Shown here piece by piece: positions 12,830 to 26,143 of a stretch of 64,000 nucleotides of DNA; position 1 is the first letter of the stretch; every line of letters starts with the position of its first letter. Below the pieces are notes generated by a model. It searched no databases. It worked only from the letters and a program-made list of their open reading frames with translations, and was not told the origin of the DNA. The translations under genes and the position numbers were made by a program. Location of the stretch: positions 310,001 to 374,000 of the forward strand of contig NIVC01000390.1 in NCBI GenBank assembly GCA_002269645.1, read 5' to 3'. This stretch comes from Macrostomum lignano. Its lineage: Eukaryota.

Positions 12830-14051
12830 AATAGCAAAAATCTACGAAGGCCTGGTCGCCCTGGAGATGAGCCTGGCCGGTCTAATCGCTCTGTTTGGAA
12901 TTGGCGGCAATATCCTCACCATCAGGGTGCTGCGCGTGCCGAACCTGCGAAACACTAGCACGGCTTTCTACTTCACCGTTCTGGCCGCCGTTGACATCCT
13001 GGTACTGCTGGTCGGCCCGACAACAAAGGCCCTGGCGGCTGCTGTCTTCACCAGTAGCACGCAGTTTCGAGACACGCACATAGTGCTCTGCAAGCTGCAG
13101 CTGTTTCTGAACTATTCTGTTACGCAGATCAGCGCCTGGGTACTCGTGGCCGTGACCATCGATCGGATGGTTTGGGTCGTGTGCCCCTTCAAGGCCAGAC
13201 AGTTTTGCACGATTAAACGTTCCAAGCTAGTGTGCATACTGATAGCCTGTTTAGTGTCTCTTATCAACTGCCGACATCCATGGTACATGACCCTAATGGT
13301 AAACGACAACAACAAAACAATCTGCTCGTCTGAGGACGAGTTTATTAGGAAAGCGTACGTGAAGTACGTCGATCCTTCGCTAATAACAGTCGGACCGTTT
13401 CTAGTCATGCTCATTGCCAACCTGCTCATTATTCGCACGCTGCATCGGGTGAAAGCTAAGCGCGAGAAAAATTTGCACAAAGCGCCGAACAAGAGGAAGG
13501 ACGGCAGCAACCTCACGAAAATGCTTCTGTGCACCAGCATCTTCTACCTGGTTTCCTCGCTACCCTACCTCATCCTCACCGTGGTGCTGAATGAGAAGCG
13601 TGACACTATTATGAGGCAAAAGAAAATCGTTCTGAACCTGATTTACCTGGGCCAGGTATGCTGCTACAGCATGTTCAATCTTAATTACGCAATCCATTTC
13701 TTGCTGTACTGCCTGGCTGGGCCAGCCTTCAAGGCGGAGGCGTTTCGCCTGCTCAGAATCCGTCCGGAGAGGCAAGGTGGTCGCGCTGATCGCAAGGGCG
13801 GCGGTGGCGGTGGCGGCGGAGGAGGTGGAGGAGGAGGAAGCAGCGCTGGTGGCGGTGGCGACGCAAACGGCGGAGTCACCTTCGTCACAGGCGCTGGCGA
13901 CCGGCGGACTGACGACGGCGACGAAATTGTCGTCGACGAAGCTCCGCAGTGTACAGTCCAGAGGCCGGAAATCCACGAGCATCCGGCCAATCAGGAGGAG
14001 GCGATCGAGCTGATGGACCAGCCGGGAAAGGAGCAGCAGATGCTGGAGTGA
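12830..14051 (+). CDS. Peptide-type class A GPCR (FMRFamide/neuropeptide receptor-like), main 7TM exon with Gly-rich C-tail
   Basis: GIGGN in TM1, LAAVDILVL in TM2, SAWVLVAVTIDRM in TM3, NLLIIRTL after TM5, NYAIHFLLYCLAG in TM7. The frame is open upstream of ATG 12867 (IAKIYEGLVALEM) back to acceptor aaattttag|12830, so a 5' exon may exist. AATAAA at about 14095. Confidence 0.88.
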
Positions 14052-17000
14052 GCCTGATTTTAACAAAAGCCTCGAATCTCTGAACTCGAGACCAATAAAA
14101 ATATTTTGATAGCGCCCGTTTGATATCATAACTATATATCTATTTATGGCATATTTGCGTACTGTGAGTAAAACTAAGCACAAACAAATTATCAGTAGCT
14201 TTTTATTGCGATATCTTGCATCTATGCACGGTTTATCAAAAAAAAATTGACGCGTAAACCATTGAAACTGATTCTAGCTATTGAAAAAACAACATCATTT
14301 TCTGTAACCATTCATGCTGCATATACTTGCGAATTATCACTGACCTGCTTTTTTACTTTTAATCCCGTATGAGTTACTACGCTCGTAATTTTCATAGCTT
14401 ACGCCCCCACGTGATATTCAAATAGTTGGGCGTCAAGACTTTGGATTTATCAATGCTTTGTGAGGATTTCTTTCTATTTACCTAAAAGCGAATGAATAAT
14501 CAGTTTGCTTTTATTATTTGACTTGGTTACGCGTTGTGCATTGAGTAAAATATTATGAAAATCGTATACCGTAATGCAATGAAATCCATTTGCGTTTTAA
14601 GGTGTCACATTATTTATGTTGTTATTTTGATTTTTTGTCCCAGAAGCTTGAGCCGGAGCTGCCTAGAAAATCTGAAGCAGAAATTTCATAGCTACCTTAA
14701 AGCCTCTTCTCCCTGTCTGTTGTTAAGTGTAGTGACAACAAATATATAGGCCTGGCTCCGTCTTCACACTGCATATGCTTCACTTTTTATGAGTACTAAA
14801 TGCAGTGCCATCTCCATTGCAACAAGCATAAATATACACAGATCGTTCTAACTATTTAACTATATACTAGTGTTAAAATTAACACACATTTGCTTCAAAC
14901 TGAGTTTTCAGATTTCATATTTGGACAACGCTTTTCTCTGAATAACTACTTGTGCTGAGCACGACGGCTTCAACTCTTACGAGTGAATAAATGCATTTCG
15001 CTCATTGCTTGGAAGCTTACGAGTATACCGTAAGTGAGGGGTTCGACTTCGCATGGCTTCAAATTAATATGGCGTTTGTGCGAGAATTTCTGGCTACTGG
15101 TCGAAGCTTGGAATGTGTGCTTTTTTCTGAGCATGTATGCTAGTACTCAGAAGTCAAAATTGGCATAAATCCCGCGCTGACTGTCGAATGTCACCGTGAT
15201 TTTCAGCAATACTCAAAAGACTTACTATAGTATTCTGCTGATTTAGAGATAAAATATTACTAAAGACTTGTTCCACTTACAATCTGAACCGCCAAGGTCT
15301 CGTCTCGCAGGTAAATATTCACCTGAAGCAAACAGTCGCCTTTGCAGTTGAACTTGCCATAGCTTTCTTCCTGAACTTACTCTGCATAGTAATCCATAGA
15401 ATTCCATTGAGACCTGAAGAGGTTAGAACGAAAGAGCAGCCGCAGCAAATTGCAGGCCTGAGCGCAGTGCAGTGAAATTGGAAATGAGATAGTCGAGACA
15501 ATTTAGGTTAATTTAAAGCTGCAACTGCCGCTGTTTAAGCTACAGTGCTGCTCGGGCCTGTTTCTGTGTTTTGGATGAGACGACTGCTCGAGAGACGCAG
15601 CAACTAATAATTTCTGCAAACAAAGAGACCGATGCCAGAGTTCGCTGCAGTCGACAATCACTTCCTGGCAGAACCGTCCGTCTGATGACATTGCAAGTTC
15701 ATGAGAGTGACGAGGGTGGGGAGCATGATTACAGAGAAGTGAGGAAGTCTTTTTCATTTCTAACAAAGAAATGACATTCCCCATTGCCTGCCAGCTGCCA
15801 ATTAGTTTGACGTCAAACAAGAAACGCTCCAGGCGTGGGAAACTGACATTCTGGAGGATGCAAAATCCTGACTGAAGTGCCATCGAAGTGCGTGTCAATG
15901 CCTTAAGCATGGAGTGTCGGATGTTTCCAGCACACGCATGCTCTGCAGTTTTAGCAATGATATAGGACTAAGATATATATAGCTATAGTGTAACTTTTCT
16001 TCTCATATCTTCTCAGAGCGTATATAAGGAACTAAAAACTACTTAAACGTTTTCCAGACTAAACGTATTCAGGAGGGCTAAACCCACAGTTTTAATTTTA
16101 CATCTCGTACCAGACTTTGTCAAAGACGCTTATTATGACAGCGTAAGGCCGCACTCTTCCATGAACAACAACACCAAGGTACACCTCGCGCTGACCACAG
16201 GTGGCTATACAGAGGGCCGGAGGTGTCATAACGCATTTAGGCAACACTCCTAAAAAAGTCAGCCCCCCATAGTCAGAGTCAGAATGGGGGGCTTCGCGCA
16301 TCGTTCGCCCTCTTCAATGAATTTGTAGCCTAAATATCCAAACTATTATGGAAAAGTTGGCAGGAAATTTTTGTGGGCCAATGGTATCAGAAAACAGAGC
16401 CTCTCATGTTGTGTTTGTAAAAGAAGCAGTGACGAGAAAGAGAAGGCGCGGGCGTATAGGGGACTGTGTTTGCTGAGTTTTCCTATTAATTAACGTTAGA
16501 AGTTTCTTCGTCTACTGCTTTTTCACTCCGTCTTGTACGACTTGCTGAAAAAGCTCTGTTTAGGGAGACGAATTTCGAGCTTAAGTAGAGACGAGCGGAG
16601 GACTGCGGCGAATTGGAGGGTGAATGAGGTGGCTGGGATAGCTGCGAGGGGCCCGAAATTTACGTCCGGTTTTGGCCGATCGATGCTTCGACGTGTTTTT
16701 AGATATTTGCGTATAGGAGCTGAAATAGAGAGAGCAGGAAAGCATTTGGCGAAGCACGGATGCTGGACTATCCGGGATCAGGAAGCAGCATCCCTGTTGC
16801 TCTCTGCTCTACGTCGGCAGCGTCACAAGTTTCAATTACCACTTCATCTCAAATTCCACCATTCTTGTTTGGTTTGGCACAAAGCGTTTGACGATTGAAG
16901 CGTGGGAAAAAGTGGAGCAGAAGGACGGAAAGAGCTCTGTGTGTAAGGATCTTATGTTATCCTGCTAGTTGGGAAATTTCGATAATTTGCTTTGTCTAAT

Positions 17001-19752
17001 TCCGATCCCTTTGTGTCAACAGCAGGGTATCTTAACGCGGCAGCATGTACCTAAACAGCGGCTTCAAAAATGGAATGGAAACCGTGGGAGGTAGTTCTGA
17101 ATAGAAGCCGCTGTGTCAAGCCTGTGGTCTACTTCTCTGAAATCTGTTTTTTGTCTCAGACGGGTGTCACGATCTCACATTTTAAGATAGAGTGGAGTAA
17201 GACAAGCCTAAATTATCGACGCAGTTTTCATGTGCAGGTGCCAAAGTTTTTCTTAGCTGGCACGTAAGGCAACTGATCCCTTTGGCTCTCTGGACCCAGC
17301 CTCAGATCAGGAGGTCAGTAACCTTTCCCGAGACCAAAGTCTCGGTCGCCGGAACTGGCCCAGGCCCACCGACGTGATTGGGCTACAACGCAAACACACA
17401 AGAACTCGTATATACTTCTGTGTTTCAATTATACATGCACATACGCTCGTACAATACACTTAATATTTACAATGTATTTCTAATCGACACGTTCGTATCT
17501 TGCGACAACATTTTATTGCAAACATCCATTGATCAGGATTCCTGCCACTGCAGGCCTTTTTGTCGCGGTGCCGCGGGTCTGAAAGGGGGTCATGATGAGC
17601 TCCCGGAACTGCTGTATGACCTCATGTAGAGGCAATTCAATTAAATCAATGCCCAGTTAGGATGTCAGCCCAGATTTTCTAGATTATTTCTCCAAACACT
17701 TTCTAGCCATTATCAATCTCCTGGATAACTCAGCAGCAATTATTCACTCAAGACCTGAGGATATATCTGTCTCCGAATATGGACTTGGACTTGGCATCGG
17801 AACTGGGGCAGTCAAGCACCGAGATCGGGATCCAGTGAATTGTGGGGGGTGCTAAAAACTCAACGAACCCGATGCGCAGTCTTTGCAAGGACAATTCGAC
17901 ATAAAATAATAAAATTTGAGCTCGTAGGGATTTAGTAGACAGCTGTAGCAGCGCTTCGGTCTGCTTAATGGACTCGTGGCAACTGATGCTGAGAGGGCGT
18001 CTGCCCGGCGGGCTCTGGGCGTGACAAGGCAAGGAGAGCCCCTCCCCCCCAGCTCAGCCACCAGCCTCTGCACTCGATTGTCAGTCATCCAGTGCGGCTG
18101 GCGATTATACAGGGTGAAGTCCGCAAACAGTGGCAGCTGTGGAACTACTTCCCGGAATTCTTCCTGTCCCTATCCAGCTGCATGCATCGCTGCAGGATAA
18201 GCTGGGCTGGTAGGATCAGCAGCTTCCCAAGATGGGATAGAAATTGTGCTAGTGATACTGAGCTAGTGAGAGACAGACAGTTCCCGATTTGAATACCTGC
18301 CATTTGTAAGGTTCACCCTTTCTCTGCTCATAAATGATGCAACTGAGGAAAGAGGAACTTGATGGTGCATTTAAGAACTGGTCAGGTTAATGGAGACTAG
18401 AAACAACTCAAGCTATTGTAACATGCAGGCTTAGTCATTGCGGTTGTTCATATCGTTATTCCTGCGGTGCAAGAACTTGGGCATGCATCTAGCCGTGGAT
18501 TTTATGCTATTTTATTTTGAGTTTGAGCCTTCTCAAAAATCGCTGGCAAAAGTTTAGCGACAAGAAAAAAAATTTCATTCGATAGATCCGCTTTTTCGGT
18601 GTCCGCAGATTTATAATGCATTGCGAGTGTGAGAGGAGTGTATTATAAGTGCAACCAGAGAGGCAGCTGAAGTGACCAAACGGTGTAAAAGGAGAAATCC
18701 AGGTAGAAAAAAGATAACACCCTGCTCCGAGGGGGGGGGGCTTGACAGCTGAGACTGCAGCAATACCAGGTGATTTATGAAGATCCGCTCGCGCCGAGAC
18801 GGCCTCCGATCCCCTCCAGCGGAGCCCATAATCTTTTTATTGCAGGAGAGATTTGCGGCTTTGCGCTATAGAAGACGCCCGCTCTCAGCGTGGGTTGGCA
18901 CTGATGCTTCAAAGACAGGACAAACTCAGCTGCTCTGAACCTGCCGCCTCGATCGGATTGGGTTTTCGGACTCTCTTGTGCCCTTCTTAATCTTTTGGAT
19001 ACTTTGATCGATTTCCGCTTCTCAGTTCTCTGTGTATTTTCCATTCATAAAGCCATAGTTTGTTCAGGTGCGATAATGATTTTCTTGTGTTCTTTGTGAA
19101 TTCAATCGTGCGTAAAAACAGAAAAGAGAAATCGATCTGTTTTCTTTGTTGGCGCCTGCATCATTTTCGGATCTTGATTAATTAATTTCTAAGCATGCAG
19201 TGGAGCACGTATTTGCTAACTCGTATTTATGGTCAAATATGCTTTTGAGCAATGTGGAAAGATGTTTTTAATGACAGTCAGAGGGGCAGAATTTCATTGA
19301 CTGGCACTTCCTCACCTGCTTATAATAATGTACTTCAAGAGTACTCTACAGTTCTCAATTCAGAAAAGCTCTTACGACCGACTCTTTTTACATTGAGTGC
19401 CACATTCTTTTTACAAGGTTGATGTTGCATAGAAATACACTTTCGGATTTCTTGATTTTTTCTGCTGGCTATCGTCCAGTCAATGACATCAAATTCGCTA
19501 TTTTATAGCCATTTTCGAAACTACTCGAGCGGTAGCGTCGTGGATTATGAGCTATATGAATGGCCGTATCCAGAAAGCTGTCTATGGTAGTCCGGTCTTG
19601 CAAAGCGAGCCCAGACTTGGATTTGGTATGCATGCAGAAAGGCCAGTCTACCATAGACGGATCTATCTAGTCTGGTCTAGGCAAAAACTTAGCCTACTAC
19701 TGAGCTGACTATATTAATTCGAGCGTATTATTGTATATTCTTGCGTGGAATA

Positions 19753-20031
19753 CATTTATTGGGTCTCTTTTACAAGACCGAAATTTCACAACGCCGGAAA
19801 CTACTGATTCGTCCTTAATAAGACCGAAACTTCATAAGACCGAAATTTCACATCGTAGAAAACTCAATATATAACAAGGACCATGTAGAATTTTCGGCAT
19901 AGGGAAATTTCGGTCTTATGAAGTTTCGGTCTTGTGAAATAAGATATTTCGGCGTTGTGAAGTTTCGGTCTTGGGAAATAAGATATTTCGGCGTTGTGAA
20001 GTTTTGGTCTTATGAAGCCCTCCCATTTACT
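19753..20031. mobile_element. Related foldback/MITE element (about 19761-20023)
   Basis: Inverted arms built from TTCA(C/T)AAGACCGAAA, GG termini, and a near-perfect 8-bp TSD catttatt/catttact. Confidence 0.6.
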
Positions 20032-23000
20032 AGCGTAATATTCCATGAAACGAGAAGAATGTCTATCCAGAATCGCCGCGGAGATGGTTCCATAGACATT
20101 GAATGATTCATGCACGGTCTGGAGTGCGCATGAGTGCACGATGTCCTTCACGCACGAGTGAACGTGAAGGAATCCCTGTCGTCGGATGAGTTATCGTGCA
20201 GCAATGGTAGATTGGGTATATGGTTCTAAAGGTAGACAATTCGCCACGAGTGACTAAAATTTATCATTATAAAGTATGGGTACTCGACGCGGGAAATTCC
20301 ATACGCATGGACTACTAAAGTACAAGGACGCAAGACTCAGAATAGGTGAAAATATCATTGAAGGCCGATTTCTATTTCGGCTATGCAAATGATGACGAAA
20401 ATCGGCCTCCAACGAGCTTTCCACGAAAGTTGAGTCTTGCGTTTTATATATATGTTACTTTAGTCGTCCTTGTCCATACGTTCAAGAAAGTGTTTCGTAC
20501 TTTAACTTAGCTATTAAATCAGAAAGTAAAATTTGGCACAGAAAGTTATACAAAATATTTATTTGCTTGTTAGTACGTCACTACACATATCGCTAAACAA
20601 TAGCATATACCCTTTGCAATCCGCGGCTCACAAGCTTATTTAGTCCTGAATTCGGGCCCCAGGACAGAATTTGGCTTGTCCTCTAGTCAAGTTAACTAAA
20701 CACATAACTAAACACAACTGTCCAAGGAATCGGACAAGCGACCAAAAGGGAGGAATTCTATTAGCATGCGTATGATGGACAGATGGAACGATCTAGGGAC
20801 AACGTCCGCTTGTATGTGTGGGAGAGGGAGACTGGATGAGCGATAGTTCAGCCTTGGGTAATGACATGAAGATGTATTCGGATAAACAATACTTTATCTG
20901 ACTCGCATGTTCAAACGACAGGAGGTCATTTGCGATATTCAAGGAATCTTGACTATTGAACACCATGCAATATTCGTCCTACTACGAGTATAATGCGCTT
21001 TCGTTAGAAAAGTAAACATTGTGAAGAGGGCTTATACGAGTATCTCTGGGTACATCGATATTAGAATGAACTCTGATACCCAATTCAAGTAGCAGAGATT
21101 AAGGACAAATATGAAAACCGATACGGCACTGTATGGCAGTTAAAGCTTCATATAAATATGGAACGTAAAAATGGAGCATGTCTCATTATCCATGTATCAA
21201 ATTATGATCGATGTCAGTTCGATAAGCCTGTAGAGGCCAGCTTGCAAACCCGTGACCCGGCATTCGATGTGGAAAATGAAACCCAACTCTGGATTTTCTC
21301 CGACCTCCACTGTTTGGATTCTTAAGTAAAGAAAGCTTTGGCTTTAGCAGCAAGGCGGCAGTCATCTTTATCAAGCTTCAAATTTATGCTACACTGTAAG
21401 AAAATTCCATGCACTAGCTAGGATTATTTTAATTCCGAAAGGAAATACTTTCGGATAGTTGATGGAACTAATGCTCTATCTGCTCCCATCTGGCTATCGA
21501 TTCTTCTTCCCATCGGCAAAAGGTGGCCAAAGTTGCAGGACAGCCACCTGGGAAAGTTACAGAGGCCAGCTTTCAATTTCTTTTCTATTTTAGAGCTTCC
21601 GCGCCGCGGTTCGTGTTTGACGAGAATCTATTATTCAGCGCTGGGTAGCTTAAAACCCGACTCCAAGAAATTGGCTGCGAATTTGGAGGGAAAGGCCTGG
21701 AACGGTCGTTCGGATCTAGGGAGAGAGAATGGAATATGTTTGATAGGTAGGAAGAGATTGGGGAAATGAGTCTCAGACTGTGCGGTGGGTCGAAATCTCC
21801 ATCGGCCAATTCATTCGTGGGAACTCCCACAATTCTGGTGTGGTATTCAAAGGAGCCCGGACGAGAAAGAGAGACTTGGAAGTTGGACAGCTCAGCAGAA
21901 GCGTCTGGCTGTTGACGGTTTGGCATTGGGAGCTTACTAACCGTGGGCATTTTGGGTCACAGTGAAGTGAGCAAACAGTTCTTCCAGCTCAAACCAGTCC
22001 TGTGGGAAAGGAGGCCTGCTGGCGTTAGGCTTGTTTTCTCCTTGCATAGATTTCTGGGTTCTCAAAGCCGTCTGCAGCTCTGCGTGGCTGCACAAGTGCC
22101 ACAAAGGCAGTTTGTCTTAAGTTTTCGAAAAAGCGAGCAAATACCCTTTACTTCATGGCAAGGTTCTAGTCTCACAGGGGAAATGCAGATTGTATAGCCT
22201 TCCCTGCCCTTGCCGATTTTAGCAGGCGCTTCATTTGCAAGTTATAAAAAAGTAATTTTTGCAATTTAAATTCTATTCATGAAATTGCATTGACCTTTTC
22301 TTGACTGCTTGTCATTCATAAAAAAATTCAAGACCTATAGAACCATTCCATTTCGGGAAAGATCAGGGCCAGAGATATTAGGCCATGTACCTATGTACCG
22401 CAATAAAGTTATAGCTATAATAGCTAATCGCAGAATCGCTGAACGTAAAATACACACTGTATAGTAAGGCTGCTATAAATTTAACAGATTAAGTTTTTAG
22501 CGAAAAACTGCTAAAAATTAACTGCTGGACTATTCCGAGTATTTTGTTGCTTGAATACTTGATTTTCCCATTAAATGTGGTTCACTAACTTTCCATAAAA
22601 ATAAAAATAGTAAACGTAGCACTTGATCTTTGCCTATATTTCATTTTTAGATTACATGTTGCAGCAACGTCCAGCTAGCTTTTAGCCAAAATAATCCAGA
22701 AATCCATACATATACTATCATATATATAGTTTCGCAAATGTGTGTGTGTGTAGATGTTCAGTTAATCGTCAAATTTTATTTTAATAGAAAAGAGTTCGCA
22801 GGCGCGATCCATTGGGGGGACCTGTAATAAGTATTTCCAAACCAGTGCGAGTATCAAGGGTAAAAAAGCGGTTATAACACAATTATCGACAACACCATAG
22901 TCGTATCCATGTAGATAATTTTTGACCTTAGGTACACGAAAGGACAACATAAAATGTATTTACATGTATAGTACAAAATTGGGTATTTAGTATTCGGAAT

Positions 23001-23068
23001 AAGTAAAGTACAACCCATGTATCTTTATTCTTTAGTGCGACTTTAAAGGCTCTGTGGTTGTGGCACAA

Positions 23069-23535
23069 CTGCAGACGGGTCGCTTTCACAAGCGCTAATT
23101 TCCATAACCGCTAACGACATTGACTTTCACAAGCGCTAAATTTCACAAGCGCTAAACTTCATAATAAGCTAAAAATTTGCCGCCTACTTTCACAAGCGCT
23201 AAACTTCACAAACGCTACACTTCAGAATAGCGAAACCACCTACTTTCACAAGCGCTAAACTTCACAAGCGCTAAACTTCACAATAGCTACAAATTCGCCA
23301 CCTACTTTCACAAACGCTAAACTTCACAACCGCTAAACTTCACAAGCGCTAAACGTTATAAACCACGTGGCGAATTTGTAGCTATTATGAAGTTTAGCGC
23401 TTGTGAAGTTTAGCGCTTGTGAAAGTAAGTGAGTTAGCGGTTATGAAGTTTAGCGTTTGTGAAATTTAGCGCTTGTGAAAGTAGGTGAGTTAGCGCTTAT
23501 GAAAATTAGCGCTTGTGAAGGGAAGCCCTGCAGAC
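23069..23535. mobile_element. Non-autonomous foldback/MITE DNA transposon, Merlin-like (element 23077-23527)
   Basis: Perfect 8-bp TSD CTGCAGAC (23069-76 and 23528-35). Both ends start GG. The arms are inverted arrays of a 15-bp unit TTCACAAGCGCTAAA(C). Confidence 0.8.
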
Positions 23536-26143
23536 AACCTATCAAAAATCTTTCTTACGGACCACTATTAAATTACTAGCTGCAAGATCATCGCAACACT
23601 ATGGTAAAAAGTTTATTATTATAAAAAATATTTCAAGAAGAAACACTAATTTACTACAAGGCAGAAAAATAAATACATATATTATTTACTTTGTTTTAAC
23701 TCTGCTAATTTTCGTAGATAATTATCTTTCTTTAAAATAGACCAATTGACACATTATTCTTTTAATTAGCAAGCATGCATGCATGCTGTCGTCTGCTAAT
23801 CTTGCTGCATATCATGAGACATAAGTAGGTGTCCCTAGTTGGTTTTTGGTGTGACTAATGTGCCATAGCAATTGCAAGAAGATGGCATAGATAAAGACGA
23901 ATAGAGCCATCTTCTACATTTGGATTATATGTTTAGATGGCATATAATCCAAATTAAAAAATTAAGTAATTATGCTAAATGGCATAACCGACCTAGCAAA
24001 AAACCCAGATTTAAATTAAAAGCGATATTTAAAATGTGGTTCCTGTCAATGTCGTAAACTCATGGTTATTCTGTTATGTTAATAATTTCTCATTTATCAC
24101 CATGAAATTTTAATTTTATGCGCAATATTAATTATTGGAAATACACTGGGCCATAAATATCGAAACCTATTATTATTAAATTGTTAACAGGTGTGGATCT
24201 AGAAAATTTTGAATGGGGGGTGCAGATTACTAAGTTACATGTATATCTATATTCTATATTATGTACAATCTAAGCTAAGCTCAAGTGGCAATAACAAGCA
24301 AAAGAGAAGCAGAGATATGGGGAAGAAGCTGCAAGGTAGAACATGGACAATTCGCAGCTTGCCATAGGCTAGACAGTTGAACAGGTCACAGTTGGAAAAT
24401 TTTGGATTTGGAATTTTTTTCCAAATATTTTTAAAATGTGCTTCCAAATATAAAAATCAAGATATCAAAACAAATGTAATTGTAAAAGAATGTAATCATT
24501 ACTTGCTTTTTTCAAAATGCAAATATATAGATTTAGCTAAGGCCTATAGGCCTCGTAAAGTTATCAAATTGCATAAATGTAACATCAATTAGTGTATTAA
24601 TACTAATAGTTATAAATAGATTAGATATATAAGAATTTGGTTTTGCTAGATACTATATAGATATAATATAAATCAAAGATAGAATTGTTTAGAACTTTAG
24701 GCCCTACCTTTAACTTTTGGCCTATATTTGGAAAAACATTTGGATGTTTGGATTCAGATTTAGAATTTTTGTATATTCAGATTTGGTTATAGAATTTTGC
24801 AAAAATCTATATTTTTCTATCATTAAGCCATGGTAGGCCTACAATCGGCTATATCATGTCTTATGTATTAAAAAAATAAAAGTGATGACTCATGAATTTT
24901 TCAAAATTTTAGATATATTCATTATAATATAAGACAAAACTTAAAAGATGAATAAAAAATAGGAACAATAGTAATAATTATATTAGCTTTGCATTTTATG
25001 ATTTCCTAGTCTAAATGTTTAAATATATAGAGACTACTCAATAACTAGGGATAGGAAACAATATGTACAAAAGTTGGAGGCCAATCTATTAATAACTTAG
25101 TCCTTAAAAAGTATTGCTTAGATAGATTTTTACCACTGACACAAACTCATTGACTATAAGGTAAAACCTACTATCAAAGAAATGCTTTCTATGGACTAAG
25201 TTATTAATTAGAATGGCTTCCAACTTTTGTAGTTTTCTATCCCAAATATTGAGCTGTCCCTGTATATAAGACAAAAGAGATTTAGTATAGGCCTATTGTG
25301 AATAGACCAAATAGTCAATAGATAATAGTATTAAAAACAGCAAAAAAAGTTAACAAAACAAGTACATCAAAATACTAGCCTATCATAGTCTACATGTAAA
25401 TGAACTAGACTGCAGTTTTAACTAGTTGAAACTGTATATTTGTTATTTTGGGAATGAGTTTAATTTTTTATATGATAATAACAACATGCTAACTATGACC
25501 TTACTTAGAACTGCCAATAGTGAATGGCAAAGCCAAAAACTAGTACTTTTTGTTTCTAAGTCTTAAGTCTTAAAAGCATACAAATAAGAAAAAATGAGTA
25601 TTGGACTAAGTATCAGACTAAGGTATTGGCAATATGTTCTAGAATTGCTAACTTTTATATGTATGGTCATGCATTAAGCAAATATGTTATCAAAGGTACA
25701 GTTGAACAGAGCAGCTCTTGGCTTTGAACTGACTAGTTGATTATAGTGCTACATTTGATGCATAGCTTTTTTAGCCTATTCATCAGTGCCAAAATATTGG
25801 CATTTAAATGTGCAGCAATTATTTGAAGATGTGCAGCCTGCTATAATAACTCTTTGTTAACTGTTTTGTAAACTATTGGTTATTTTTAAAAACCAATAGA
25901 CAAACAGCCTATACTTAATAATCAATACTTACTTTTGTAAATTATACTGAAATGCAAAACTTTACGAAAAATTTGTATGCAATCAAATTATTTGCTTTAT
26001 TGTTTGTGCAAGACTTGTCAACCTACTTTTAGTAATGCTATTAATTGAAATTAATTATGCACCATTCCATTCAAGATTTGGCGGCTAAATTTTAAACTAA
26101 AAATTTTATGCATTCCTGACGTACATTGCGCTGTTCTGACAAG

